From assembly GCF_001194135.2 (NCBI RefSeq), contig NC_068984.1, forward strand, positions 31,570,589 to 31,634,588: DNA of 64,000 bases, in the 5' to 3' direction. Position 1 is the first letter of the stretch. Each line of letters opens with the position of its first letter. Below, one piece after another: positions 25,913-38,907 of this stretch. The notes beneath the pieces were generated by a model. It had not been told where the DNA came from and ran no database searches. It saw nothing but the letters and a program-made list of their open reading frames with translations. Position numbers and translations under genes: made by a program. Origin of the DNA: Octopus bimaculoides (taxonomy: Eukaryota).

Positions 25913-26231
25913 TGTGATCGTTGCCAGAGCAGCTGTCTGGCTTCCGTGCCGGTGGCACGTAAATAGCACCATTTGAGCGTGATCGTTACCAACGTCGCCT
26001 TCCTGGCACTTGTGCCAGTGACACGTGAAAAGACATTCGAGCGAGATCATTGCCGGTGCCGCTGGACTGGCTCCTGTGCAGGTGGCACGTAAAATACACC
26101 ATTTCGAGCGTGGCCGTTGCCAGCACCTCCTAACTGGCCTTCGTGCCGGTGGCACGTAAAAGCACCCAATACACTCTCGGTGTGGTTGGCGTTAGGAAGG
26201 GTATCCAGCTGTAGAAACTCTGCCAAATCAG
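25913..26231 (+). mobile_element. SINE family C with four ~65 bp internal units, runs into a gap
   Basis: gtgccggtggcacgtaaaa-like motifs at 25946, 26012, 26076, 26143, followed by acactctcgg.gtggttggcgttaggaaggg.atccagctgtagaaactctgcc. Confidence 0.85.
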
Positions 26232-26243
26232 NNNNNNNNNNAC

Positions 26244-26277
<34 letters not shown>

Positions 26278-27507
26278 ATATATTATATATAGAATGCATC
26301 ATATCCATACGTAGGAGTATTTGATATATTCAGTATATCATATAAATACTTATCTAGTTACAAACAAAGAAGCGCTGGTGTATATAAACATAGTTAAAGA
26401 GATACTCAATACAGAAAGCATACATATACACAAACATATCTATATATATTTATATACATCTATGCATGTATATATTTTTTATATATCTATACACAGACAC
26501 ATATATCAACTAACACACACAAAGATAAAATACTCTAAACACTGTATTAATTGTAGAATTTATGTTTCTCCATTTTTCTAATTGGTGTCTTTGTGTTTGT
26601 CACTCCCACGTCACCTGACAACCTCTGTTGGTTTGTTCACTGTCTTGTAAATTGCAAAAGACTACAGATACAATATTATCTGACTTTAAAAAGAAAGACA
26701 TATTTAATGGGGTCGATTTTTTTTGGCGCCAAGCATGAACGCAGACCAATGGCTGAAACGAACAAACGATGAAAGAAATATGTTAATGTTTACAAGAGAG
26801 AAACGAAGTATTTCCAATGCCAGGTGCAACATGTCAAATGTAAAACAGAGGGAAAAAACAAACATTTAAGAATTATAAAAAATACTTAATTATTTTGAAA
26901 CTTATGCAGCACCACTTCTTTAGTAAACAATACTTTGTTCTCGCTTTACTGTTTCAAGTAATCCGGGTTTACTTTCATTCGCGCTCTCCTCGAAATTACA
27001 ATCTAATTTTTCACAATTGACCTATATATGTATGATGCATGTATAGATAATCATATGGGAGCAGGTTTTGATCCCTTCAATTCTAATTGTTTTAAAGGCA
27101 TTGTAGGAAGTGTTTTCTTTTAACTAAGAAATAAAGCTCCTTGTTTTTAGCACAGCAAGTCTTTGAAAGATGCTATCAGGAGAACACGGTACTAAGTGAC
27201 CTATCAATGGTTTGTATCTATTAAGCATATACATAGATCTCTATTTCAATTAAATGCTGCATCAGTTGCATCTATTGGGCTGCCATTCACAATATCTGCA
27301 AATGTTTTATTCACTTTTTTCAATGTCAAATACAATGAATTCTCATATGAACATGTCATTGGTCGCAAATACATGTTATTGAACAGATCCAAATAAGCTA
27401 AAATGCTTTTGATACTCCCATTGGCTGCTGCAGGGATGGATTTTCAGTTCTTGATGATATTTTTCGTTTTAAATGCTGCAAATTCTTAAGATAAGTTATT
27501 TCTGGAC

Positions 27508-27915
27508 AAATATTCTTTTCTACTCTTGGCACACAACCCGAAACTTTGGGGAAGGGGTGCAGTCGATCAGATTGACCCCAGTACGCAACTGGTAGTTAAT
27601 TTATCTCCCCCCCCCCNNNNNNNNNNNNNNNNNNNNNNNNNNNNNNNNNNNNNNNNNNNNNNNNNNNNNNNNNNNNNNNNNNNNNNNNNNNNNNNNNNNN
27701 NNNNNNNNNNNNNNNNNNNNNNNNNNNNNNNNNNNNNNNNNNNNNNNNNNNNNNNNNNNNNNNNNNNNNNNNNNNNNNNNNNNNNNNNNCCCCCCACCAC
27801 CAAGACTGAAAGGCAAAGTCGATTTCGGTGGAATTTGAACTCAGAACATAAGACAGACAAAATATCGCTAAGCATTTCACCCGGCGTGCTAACGTTTCTG
27901 CCAGCTCACCGCCTT
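27508..27915 (-). mobile_element. SINE family B interrupted by an N gap
   Basis: gtcgatcagattgaccccagtacgcaactggta before the gap; aaggcaaagtcgatttcggtggaatttgaactc...ccagctcaccgcctt after it. Confidence 0.8.
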
Positions 27916-30317
27916 ATTTCTGGACAAATATTGCAGTAACTGTCCCATTGACAGTATGTATATGAATAAGTATGAAACATGGCTATTTAAATAAGAATAC
28001 ATTGAAATTTAGAGATGCCTTGCTTATTTTCATTGTTTCATTTATTGATGGCAGTAGATTTATTATTTGATATTTACCCCAGTATTTATGTCAACTTTAC
28101 TCGGTATTTAAGTCAACTTTACTCAGCCAGATCTTTAACAACTGTTTTCTTTTAAAATTATATTTGTAAGTGAAATTGTTGTGTTTTTATTCAGTAATTT
28201 AGTATTATTCAGACTAATTACAGGCAACATTTTGTGTGTGTGTGTGTGTGTTTGTTTGTGTGCATGTGTGTGTGTGTGTGTGTGCGCGTGTGTGTGTGTG
28301 CGCGCGTGTGTGTGTGTATTTTTGTATATATAAATATGCATGTAAATGATTTACAAAAGATTATTATCCCACTAATTGATATATCTGAAATCAATACTTA
28401 ATGAGAAAAGAAATTTGAAATGTCTTGTGTAAGATTCATTCTTATTCTTTGTAGTAAAATTTCAATTAAAAAAATGAGGAATTAAACCATTATTCATTTA
28501 ACAGAATTGAAGTAGGAATTTCTACTATTAGTTATTATACCTATTTTTCTACCCTATTATGTCAGAGGCTAGATTTATTAATCTTCATTGCAGGAAAATA
28601 TGTTTTCAATCAAACTGTCCTTCCACTATCATTATGACTCTAGATACTTGGAATAATAAAAGAAAATAACTAAATAAATAGCATATAAAAAGAAAGAAGG
28701 CTAGATAAATGGAACATATCTATTAATATATGCAGATAATGGTAAAAAGACAATAGAGTTTTAATTACCAAGAAAGCTCCTCATTATCAAAGGAATAATT
28801 GAAATAGTCTTAACCATGTTCTAATGATATGTACATGGATAAATGCAAATTTTCGAAGAAACTTTTAGCAACTTACATTTTTCATTGTTTGATAGTTATC
28901 TATTTTTGTTGTTGCTATTGATATTATTATTACAATTGCTATAGATTTAATACTAGATTGATATTAATTTAATTTAATTTATTTCCTATTCAATCTTGAA
29001 AAACGACTAAATGAGATGAAACCATTTCAAGCATTTAAGTTGCAATAGATACTGATAATTACTTTTCATATCTTTTTATCTTACTCTCAGCTATTTTCAA
29101 TATATTCCCTTGGCTAAATCAACAATGTAAGCTAAATATGCATTTTAGCTTTAAACCCACGACTTAAACTTATGCACTTTTTTTTCATTAGCAATAATCT
29201 ACAATTAAAGAAACTTCCTGCTTTTGAAAATTCTTCAGAAATTAATGTCTTTGAAAAAGTGTAATATATTTATATGATGGTACCTTCTATGTAGTCTCTT
29301 TGCCTATTCACTCTAGTAGCCTAATCTCTCTTAGCCGTCCCTCTTAGGTCAACAAGGTAGAACTAGAATTTATTTTCCATCAGTAAACTTCTAGCTGTGG
29401 AAGTGATTTTCCAGTGTTATCATTTTAAGAGTCTTAATCAGCAAATTATGTTTACAGAAAATATATCTTTAAGTCATTCCAGTGTTTTTTCAGTTGTAAG
29501 TGGTCCATAGTTCACTGACTAAGTCTAACAGCACACAAAATTGCCCAGATTTGTATCAGATCAGACTCACACAGTTCCCTTGCATGTCTAATTTTTGTTT
29601 GAGTAAAATTTCAAAAACTTCATCTCTTACCTCACTTGAGATAAAAGTTTCACTCACTACAGTTTTAACTTGAAATGTTTCAAAATCATTTTCAGCTTCT
29701 ATTTAATCATTAGCAATGTGATTTGGTTATATAAATGAAGCATTCTTTGCATCTTGGAAAATCGCTTTTTTCCTAGAGCATTTACAGATAAGAGGATAGT
29801 GGAGCATTTTCAACTAGAAATCAAATTTGGGTTACAAAACCACCTTGATAGGAGCTTTGCATTACTTAGGATTGTTCATCCCTTTTGAAGATATACTCAG
29901 ATATAATTTGACTAACCAAAGATCAGTCGTTGCTGGAGAGGTGAAAAAGGAACTAGATCAAAAAAGTAATGTTACTAGTACTTGACTATTTAGCCTTACA
30001 TAACCACTGCAGTATAAACAAAATCGCTTGATCTACAAGAAATAGTATAACCAGATATCCACCATGTGGTATCTTGAAAACGGTGTGACTTGATGGGTCA
30101 CTCTTAAAAGAAAGAATACAATGAAAAGTATGGTTTGACATACGTTTTTATCTGAATAAAAGACAAGATAGTTCAGCTAGAATTATTTTTGTTATTTGGC
30201 CTGCTCACTCAGAACTACTATGAGACCAAACAACATCATCAGCAGTAATCATTATATGATGTGCATGAAAGAAAAATACTGTAAGTAGTATAATAATAAA
30301 AATAAATGCGCCCTTTT

Positions 30318-30555
30318 AAAGCCTAGCCAGGCTCATGGGCCTGGTTTCCCAGTTTCAATGGCGTATGTGTTCCCCAGCTGGACGGGATGCCAGTCCATCG
30401 CAGCGTTACTCATTTTTGCCAGCTGAGTGAACTGGAGCAATGTGAAATGGAGTGTTTTGCTCAAGAACACAACGCGTCACCCGGTCCAGGAATCAAAACC
30501 ACAATTTTACGATCATGATGCTGACATCCTAACCACTAAGCCACGCACCTCCACA
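30318..30555 (-). mobile_element. SINE family D (tRNA head with CORE/Meta-like central segment)
   Basis: Reverse complement gtggcttagtggttagg...gattcctggaccgggtgacgcgttgtgttcttgagcaaaacact; related to 40358-40680. Confidence 0.8.
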
Positions 30556-30916
30556 ATAGTATAATTAATTATAATTCACAATATTTTATTTACTTAAATC
30601 CTCACCTCCCGCAGTTCACTCCATTACAAAAATTAAGTTTTATAGAAAGACTGTAAAGAAACACATAAGCATGAGCAGTGAAATAGCTTAATGTTTGAGA
30701 ACAGTTGTTCTTCAATGATTGGAGAAAGAATGTAAGTGAATGGTATCATCTTGATTGCAAAATTGAGAATGAAGAAGTGACCTCAATGTCATTAGTTCCT
30801 ATCTCTTTGTCTTTCTTTCTCTCTCTTTCTCTCTCTTACTTTCTCTCTCTCTTTCTCTCTCTTACTTTCTCTCTCTCTTTCTCTCTCTTACTTTCTGTCT
30901 CCTTCTCTGTATATAT

Positions 30917-30970
<54 letters not shown>

Positions 30971-30984
30971 CTGGCCCATTTAAA

Positions 30985-31322
30985 GTACCCTTCAATTGTC
31001 GGGCAATATGCTGTGTTTGAGAAGACCTGTTGAGTCAAGTGAAATTGTAGCTGTGGTCAATGTCAGTGCTGCCTGACTAGCATCTGTGCCAGTGACACGT
31101 AAAAAGCACCATTCAAGCATGGCTGATGCCATTGCTGGTGGCACGTAAAAAGCACCCACTTCACCCTCAGAGTGGTTGACATTAGGAAGAGCATCCAGTT
31201 GTAGAAACCTTGCCAGATCAGATTGGAGCCCGGTGCAGCCTCCTGGCTTGCAAGTCCTCGGTCAAACCCTCCAACCCATGCCAGCGTGGAAAGCAGACGT
31301 TAAATGACGACAATGATGATGA
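30985..31322 (+). mobile_element. SINE family C with GAT-repeat tail
   Basis: gtgccagtgacacgtaaaaagcacc...aggaagagcatccagttgtagaaacc...ccaacccatgccagcgtggaaagcagacgttaaatgacgacaatgatgat. Confidence 0.8.
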
Positions 31323-32644
31323 TATATTTCTAATATTGATTCTTTATATTTTGCTGGTAGTTCACAGGCGAAAATTTGCGAACATGAAAATAATACTTGT
31401 ATATGGTGTGTTGTGAATTTATGGAAAGAAATCCCATAAAACTCAACAATTTAGTTAAAAATGGAGAAGAGAAGTTGTTAGAATATATAAGAGAATTTTA
31501 ATACATGCAGATGATTGTTTCGTATAGAGATATAAAAACAATGCAAATTCATGTTTGAATTGAATTAAATATATCTTTCTCTTCTTCCCCTCTAACTTCC
31601 ATTTTCCATCTGAAGAAGGGCAAATGCCTAAAATATGAAATTATTCGCTCTACATGGCGCCCAAGTCTAGAACACTTAATCTCTTCTTAAGAAGATAACT
31701 TTTTAACTTGACATGAATTACATGATATAACTGACATTACAAATTGAAAATAAAAAATATTGTCATTACTAGCAAATATTTGAATTCTACAAGAAAGCTT
31801 TTTCACTTTAATGGAGAAAATCTGAATTAAGGCAATATATAGCTCAAAGAGCTGACTCCCATACTGCCTGTATGGTTACTATGAATTAAGGAAATCTCAC
31901 TACAAAGATACATTGCAAAGAACTGACTAAAATATGTCCCTGATGACCAATTACAGTCTTTGTTTTTGACAAGATATAATAATGCTTGAACCACAGACAC
32001 AAAATTCATCTCAAATAACTGAAAGGTAATTGTCATTATTCTAGCAGTTAGCATGAAGAATATAAAATAATCTGGATGTAAATAATTTCCACATTTCAGA
32101 AAAGAATTAAATGATGATAAATTCTTGTAATCTAATTTTCTCTTGAAGCATTTGATAGTGATACAAAGAAGCAGACAGAATGGTAAAGTATCAGATTAAG
32201 ATCCTTCAAAAAACTAACTAGCTTAGGAAATATTCTTTAAGAAGCCATTAGATTATATAATATGTAAGCTGAAGTAAACTTGATTAGCGAGAAAAAGCAT
32301 TGGAAAACTGTTTGCAGTCAAACAAATGCAAATTTAACAGAACATTAAAAAACGAAAATAAAATGAAAATGGTTGTAGCATGAAATAAGAAATATGTTCA
32401 TAATATAAAAGAAAGTAAAATTTAAAAGTATATTTTGTCTATGATATTCACATTACAATAATGATCAGAATTATGACGGTCATCATCATATTCAACAAAA
32501 ACAGAGATTGTTTGACGTGGTTTGACTTGCTAAAAGTAACAGCAAAACCTCTTTGGAGGAATATAGTGGATAGAATAAAATAAAGTTAGTACCCAGAATG
32601 TAGAATAAGTACAATGTGCTTCTGAAAATCTGTTCAACCCATAC

Positions 32645-32860
32645 TCATCATCATCATCATCATCATCGTCGTTTAACAACTGCTTTCCATGCTAGCATGG
32701 GTTGGACGATTTGACTGAGGACTGGCAAACTAGATGGCTATGTCAGGCTCCAGTCTGATTTGGCAGAGTTTCTACAGCTGGATGCCCTTCCTAACGCCAA
32801 CCACTCCGAGAGTGTAGTGGGTGTTTTTACGTGCCACTGGCACGAAGGCCAGTCGGGCGA
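32645..32860 (-). mobile_element. SINE family C 3' half
   Basis: catcatcatcgtcgtttaac...ttccatgctagcatgggttggacg...ttctacagctggatgcccttcctaacgccaacc...ttttacgtgccac. Confidence 0.85.
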
Positions 32861-33594
32861 AGGAAAAATGGATACAATATGATTATAATGACGATGATGA
32901 TGATGATGGTGTACATAATGCCAATGATGCATAAAGTAATTCAAGATATAATATAACAACAATGGAATGGAAGAATATGGGCTAATCACAGCTATAATGA
33001 TAGCCGAATTTGGAAAATTCAACCCAGAACCACTCAAAGAAACAAGCATTGCACATAGAGGAAATAATTTACAAATAGTAAATTGGTTAGTATTTTCAGA
33101 TATAATTCTTACATGTGTATGAGATCAGTCCGTGCCATTTACCAACATTTCAAACAGACACAGTATATTTCATCATCAGCCCCTAAGAATAATAATGCAT
33201 GAAATAGAAGAATAGTATCTTTCATGTAGCACCCTAGTATCTCAAAAATGGAAAGGGACATTAGATAATGATGTATTCTGAGTTATATTAACCTGAAAAA
33301 AAAAATGTGATGGTCGTGGTTTGGATGCCTGTTATAATATGTCTACTTGAATAGGACTTAGAGGGGGCCAAACAATATCAAGGATATAAATCAAAAGGCC
33401 TTGCATCATTTCCCTTCTTGGTGGTACATCTCAAAAATATGTTTAACAACTTAAGTGTTAAACACACAAAAAAAAAATTCAAACCAAGCAAAGGATATAC
33501 AACCAATATAACGATGCTGTAAAATAACATTCTCATCTTAGAATATATTTATTGAACTAAAGAAAATTCATCACACATGACACTCACCTTAAAT

Positions 33595-33760
33595 ATGATG
33601 ATGATGATCTTCATCGTCATCATTTAGTATGTAATTTCCATGCCAGAATGGGTTGGATAGTTTGATAGAATCTTGACAATTCAATGACTACGTCCCATTC
33701 AAGTGTATGCTTTAGCATAGTTTCTATGGCTGGATGCCCTTCCACATACTAGCCCCTGTA
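33595..33760 (-). mobile_element. SINE family C 3' fragment, decayed
   Basis: tttccatgccagaatgggttggat...tagtttctatggctggatgccct. Confidence 0.55.
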
Positions 33761-33912
33761 CAACATTTACTACGTTTCAGGTTTTAAAATACTTTTAGTC
33801 ATCCATAGCCATAATTTTTCCTCTGTCTGTTTTATCTTCAACATCTTTATGAAATTGTCCGGGCATTCTTTTCTTTATCCACTTATTTTCAGTTTCATTC
33901 ATTCTTAAGTGC

Positions 33913-34470
33913 TTGTACAGTGCTTTATCTTTGCTATCTTCCATCCTTCACATGTCTGACCTCCTCACTTCTAATAATAGCGGTTCTGTGGCATTTTTTT
34001 ACATACCATGCTATGTTGTTTTCTTCTGCTCTAATGCTGTGTTCATATCTAATCAGTCCTCTTTGATGGTATTCATCAAAAATCATAATAGAAATGTTAT
34101 GATTTATACAGAAGGGGGAACCTGCAAAGATTCCCATTTAGTGTACGGTGCAGAATGCACGAGACATAACTTGATTTATGTTGGTTGTACAACGGAACAA
34201 TTAAACAAAAGGTTTAATGAGCACAGATTCGACGTCAGGCACAAGAACAGTAGTTCAACAGAACTTGCTGAACATTTCGTTTCAAGCAGCTACAATTTTG
34301 AAGAAGATTTGAAAGTGCACATTCTCAAAAAATATCCTGAATGTACCCCACTTTCACTTCTCAGAATGTATGAGGAGAAATATGTTTGCGGGTTATTGAC
34401 ATCACGCCCTGGAGGAATGAATAAGATGACAGGAGAATATCATCAAATTTATACAAAACTGTTTGATTGA
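33913..34470 (+). CDS. Open frame whose C-terminal ~130 aa is a Penelope-like GIY-YIG endonuclease; the N-terminal ~55 aa looks like unrelated flanking sequence
   Basis: CKDSHLVYGAECTRHNLIYVGCTTEQLNKRFNEHRFD...ELAEHF...LKVHIL...YEEKY...PGGMN stop: LVY/YVG strands plus catalytic R, E and N positions; no RT detected upstream. Confidence 0.8.
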   Translation: MYSALSLLSSILHMSDLLTSNNSGSVAFFYIPCYVVFFCSNAVFISNQSSLMVFIKNHNRNVMIYTEGGTCKDSHLVYGAECTRHNLIYVGCTTEQLNKRFNEHRFDVRHKNSSSTELAEHFVSSSYNFEEDLKVHILKKYPECTPLSLLRMYEEKYVCGLLTSRPGGMNKMTGEYHQIYTKLFD

Positions 34471-35291
34471 ATATTCTTCTTTCTCTCTTTTTCTTTTCTT
34501 TTTCTGTCGCCTTCCTTTTTCTTTCTTTCTTTCTGCTTATTAAAAAACTGACAAAAGCTGATGATGTCATTCTATCAACGTATGGACGCTGATTACTCAC
34601 CTTTTGGTTTGAACTTGAGAAAGACAGACGTTCTGCCGAAATATTGTTAAAAAAATAAAACATCTAAAATCGCACTCTTCGTCTTGACTATTTACCTTCG
34701 TGAAGAGTTACGTCAATCCTTTTTTTTAAATATTATTATTATTATTATTATTAACATGGTTTTGGCAATGATGGCAAAGACGATGCCTATGATGATACTG
34801 AAATTGAAGCTAAATGAATGAATTGAATTGACTGAAATACATGTTGGAGAGGATAACGGTGCCAATCTGAAAGTGGAGTGTGGTGTTACTGGTGATGCTG
34901 TCAATGATCATATTGAAAATGGGAGATGGCGATAGGGATGGTGTTGATCATAATCATGGATATATGGATGAAGCTGAGGAAGATATGGCATGTGAGACAT
35001 TTGAATAATGTAACTTAAAATAGAGAATGATTTATTTTTATTTAATTATAAATGAAATCAAATAAATAAATATTAATGTTGATCTATACCAGCTTTAACA
35101 TTTCTTTTTATAGTAATGAGATTTTGATTTGTGATATCATTACAAATTGAACGTGTGCTTGACATCTAAAAAGACTCTTCACATAATATTTATGTCTGCG
35201 TGGGAGTGTATATAGATATGTATGTGTGTGTGTGGATGTATGTACGTGAGCGTGTTTGAGTATGGAATATGTGTGTGTGTTTGTGTGTGTT

Positions 35292-35327
<36 letters not shown>

Positions 35328-37229
35328 TGTTTGTGTTTGTGTGTAGTTGATTTCAATTAATAACATATTTGTATGTGACTGTGTGAGAATTTGCAGGAAA
35401 CAAATATTGATGATTACACTACATTACCAAAATACATTCTCAGTCTAATTGAACATGCATGTAAATGCACAAACACACATGCAAACATGCCAGAAGACAA
35501 AACAGCACACTATATGATCATGAATTCATCATCTCAGAATGAATATTCCTATGTTAGCAGACAAACAAACGAAATGAAAAGAATAAAAAAGAATTATATG
35601 CAAAGAATATAATGTTGAAATGATGAAGCAATTCCAAAACTGCTGTTCAACATGAGAAGCCAATTAATCCTATAGGGCATTTAAACTCACTTAATACCCT
35701 TAAAGCATGAAATGATTATTTTAATTCTGTTTTTATTTATTTTCTTCTTTTGTTTCATGCAAAGAAATACCCAGTGGTTACCATTTCATACTTCCTTTCT
35801 TCCTCAATTTGCTGGAAGTGCATTGCTCACTTATTTAGATCCAGTCTTTTATTTTTCTCCAAACAGACTTTTCTGCTAAAAGTCTTGGCACATAATTTCA
35901 GAAGACAGGCAAGTTTCACTTTTGATGTACAACAATTTGTTTGTCAGCATTTATTTTGTCTTCTTCTTTATTGTAGTTATTGTTGTTGTTTATTCTTGTT
36001 ATCATAGAAATTATAATGAACCTGATAGTGATGATATTGATGATCAGTATTATCATTATGTAATTTAAATGGTACACGCAAGACATAAAAAAGAATTGAA
36101 CAAAAAGAGAGAGAAACCTATAGAAGTGAAAAAGAAAAGAAACTGTTAATTCTGTTTGCTGGTAAAAAAAAATCTGGATTTTATTACAGGATTCCAGATG
36201 TCTAATATAGTATCAAATATGTCTTAGGTACATAATCTACTCTACTTGTGATATGATATATATATGCATATTCACACTTTAGTTGAAAGTAATATCATAC
36301 CTAACAATATTTAACATGTTGTTCAACACCAAATACCTAACATTCAATATTAAGTCTTCATTTTTAATTTGATATCTTCATCACTGTTACTTAATATTGC
36401 ACCACAGCGTTGGCAGAATCAATAGTGTTACATGAAATGTTTTACTGTATTTACATACTATTTATTCTGAAGTGAGGTTTGACTTTCATTATTCAAGAAT
36501 CAATAAAATAAAGTACTAATGAAGTACTGCTGGCCAATTTAATCAGCTGTACTCTTTCAAGAAATCTGTTGCATAGTGCCAGTGTTAAACATCAACATCA
36601 TTTCTGCTCAGAGTTAATATACAATAATATTCAATGTCATTCCTAATATCTGTATGCCATAATAGTTAATAGCTATCTTGTATCATGATATTTATCCTGA
36701 AACATATCCAGTAATATGCCTCAACATGCTTAAACAAAATAATTGTTAACACAATATGAAACCATATCTTACAATAAACATTATTCCCTTCCTCAGTACA
36801 TGATAAATTTGGAAAGGAAAAGGTAGAGGTAACAGAATCAAATTTAATATACACCCGTTTTAAAACATATTACTGTTACGTATTTTATCAATTTTAGCAG
36901 AATGAAAGCTGGAATTCATATCAGATTTTTAGCCCAAACATATACTAGTGAGACAAAATTATAATACATATAGAAAGTCATTTTTGTCTGCATTTGATAT
37001 GAACACTAATCAAGAGAAAGCTATGTAGTTCAAGTATCACTACTAGTTTGTTCCTTTTCCTAACTTCAGTTTTGATTTAGATGTAAATAGTATTCAATAT
37101 TGCTCATATATTAGGTTGGAAAGAAAGTTCTGTGGCATTCATGACATGACCACTTTGAGGGTACGTTTTCAAGATATACACAAAAATAAACATTAATTTG
37201 TATATTCTAGTATTTTTGTTTCTTTGCAG

Positions 37230-37416
37230 ATTACTTTACAACATATTAAATTCACATCGATCTTATCTTTTTAAGGTGACTTTAGATGAGATTTATGTTA
37301 GACATGGCATGCCGAATGAATTCAAATGGGTTTCTTCAGTAATGAAAGCAGCAAAAAATATTTGTTCTACCTATGGAAATGAACCTTTTTTGCATGGCCA
37401 TACCAAACAATGTTCG
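37230..37416 (+). CDS. Candidate internal exon of an unidentified gene (62 codons)
   Basis: Strong acceptor tttttgtttctttgcag, donor TCG|gtcagt, open frame LLYNILNSHRSYLFKVTLDEIYVRHGMPNEFKWVSSVMKAAKNICSTYGNEPFLHGHTKQCS; no family recognised. Confidence 0.35.
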
Positions 37417-37712
37417 GTCAGTTTCATTAAGGAATTTTTTCTTTTACAGAGTACCCAACATCTAGCTGAACAATAATTTCTGTTGGTATTGAACTTCATT
37501 TCTCCTGATGAGAATGCATTTTATGTTAGGATGTAATCTTTTATGACTACATTGAATAAAATTCTACCAAAACAGGTGTCATAAATTTTGAACACAATAT
37601 GTTTACTTTCATCTACATATACATACATACAGAATCATATACATATGTATATATGTGTGAGTGTATATATATATATAAATATACATGCATACAGAATCAT
37701 ATATATGTATAT

Positions 37713-37791
<79 letters not shown>

Positions 37792-37795
<4 letters not shown>

Positions 37796-37999
37796 TTTAT
37801 TCCTTTACTTCTTTTATTCTAAGGACTGTGGCCTTGTTGGGGCACGACCCTGTAGAGTTTTAGTTGATGGAATCAATCCCGGTTATAATTTTTTAAGCTT
37901 GATACTTATTCTAGCAGTCTCTTTTGCTGTTACAGGAACATAAACTGCACAACACTGGTTGTCAAGCAGTAGGTGGGAAAAAAACACAAAGAATCACAT

Positions 38000-38039
<40 letters not shown>

Positions 38040-38210
38040 ATTTGTATTTATATACGATGAGCTTTTGTCAGTTACCCTCCTCCAAATCCACTCGCAGGGA
38101 TTTCGCCAGCCCAGGGGATATAGTAGAAGACATTTGACTAAGGTGCCATGGAGTGGGACTGAACCTGAATCTATATTGTTAGGAAGCAAACTTCATACTA
38201 CACCACAACA
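37792..38210 (-). mobile_element. SINE family A, full length, diverged
   Basis: Reverse complement of head (gtgggactgaacc), central ccaaatccactc, internal (CA)n and tail. Confidence 0.75.
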
Positions 38211-38619
38211 ACATCTGCACCTAGCAAACTTCTTACCACACAGCCTCGTAACTTTTATAAGTTTAAGGTTTCATTTTATATAAACATATTGACATAAATA
38301 TTAAGATGGAGACATTGTTAAATTGTGAAACTTGACTTTCAGCAGATGTCTAAGAATTTTGAGTGGCATTGCATAATTCTTAACTTACAAGCTTCATCAT
38401 ACTGCACAGACTAATGGTATATATTCTGATTGTTTCATTAATAATATGTATTCTATAAATGTATTCTAAATTATTGCCGTCATTCCATATGACTTAGGTA
38501 ATCATAACTGGAAAGTTACTGCCATCCTAACCTTCTATCTTTCTTTCCCTGCTATTTCTTTCTTTCTTCTGGATACTTATATAATTCTTGTTGTTGTTGT
38601 TGTTCTTGATGATGACAAG

Positions 38620-38815
38620 GTTGGTAACAGAATCATTATAGAACTACTGATGACAAAATTATGATTGTATGAGACAGAATTTTTGCTGTATTTGTTCTAG
38701 TTCTTTACGATCTGCATTCAAATCTCATTGAAGACAACATAGTCTTTCAGCCTTCCCTTCATCAATAAGATATACAATTACCAGTCAAATACTGGGGCTA
38801 ATTTAATTAACTACA
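38620..38815 (+). mobile_element. SINE family B, decayed
   Basis: ttcaaatctcattgaagacaac..gtctttcagcc...aattaccagtcaaatactggggctaatttaatt. Confidence 0.5.
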
Positions 38816-38907
38816 AATCATAGCCAGAGTCTCTAAAGTAATCCAGACTTGTCTTCAACATCATTCTGTCAACGTGCTTGATGATGGCAGTGCCAAGCTG
38901 TATCAAG

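Noticed and set aside
26000-26165. Regularly spaced repeats superficially like a CRISPR array
   Set aside because: The intervening sequences are themselves homologous tandem units inside a eukaryotic SINE, and there are no cas genes.
27196-27440. Minus-strand frame SILAYLDLFNNMYLRPMTCSYENSLYLTLKKVNKTF...
   Set aside because: No recognisable family, bounded by stops, and no supporting minus-strand exon chain.
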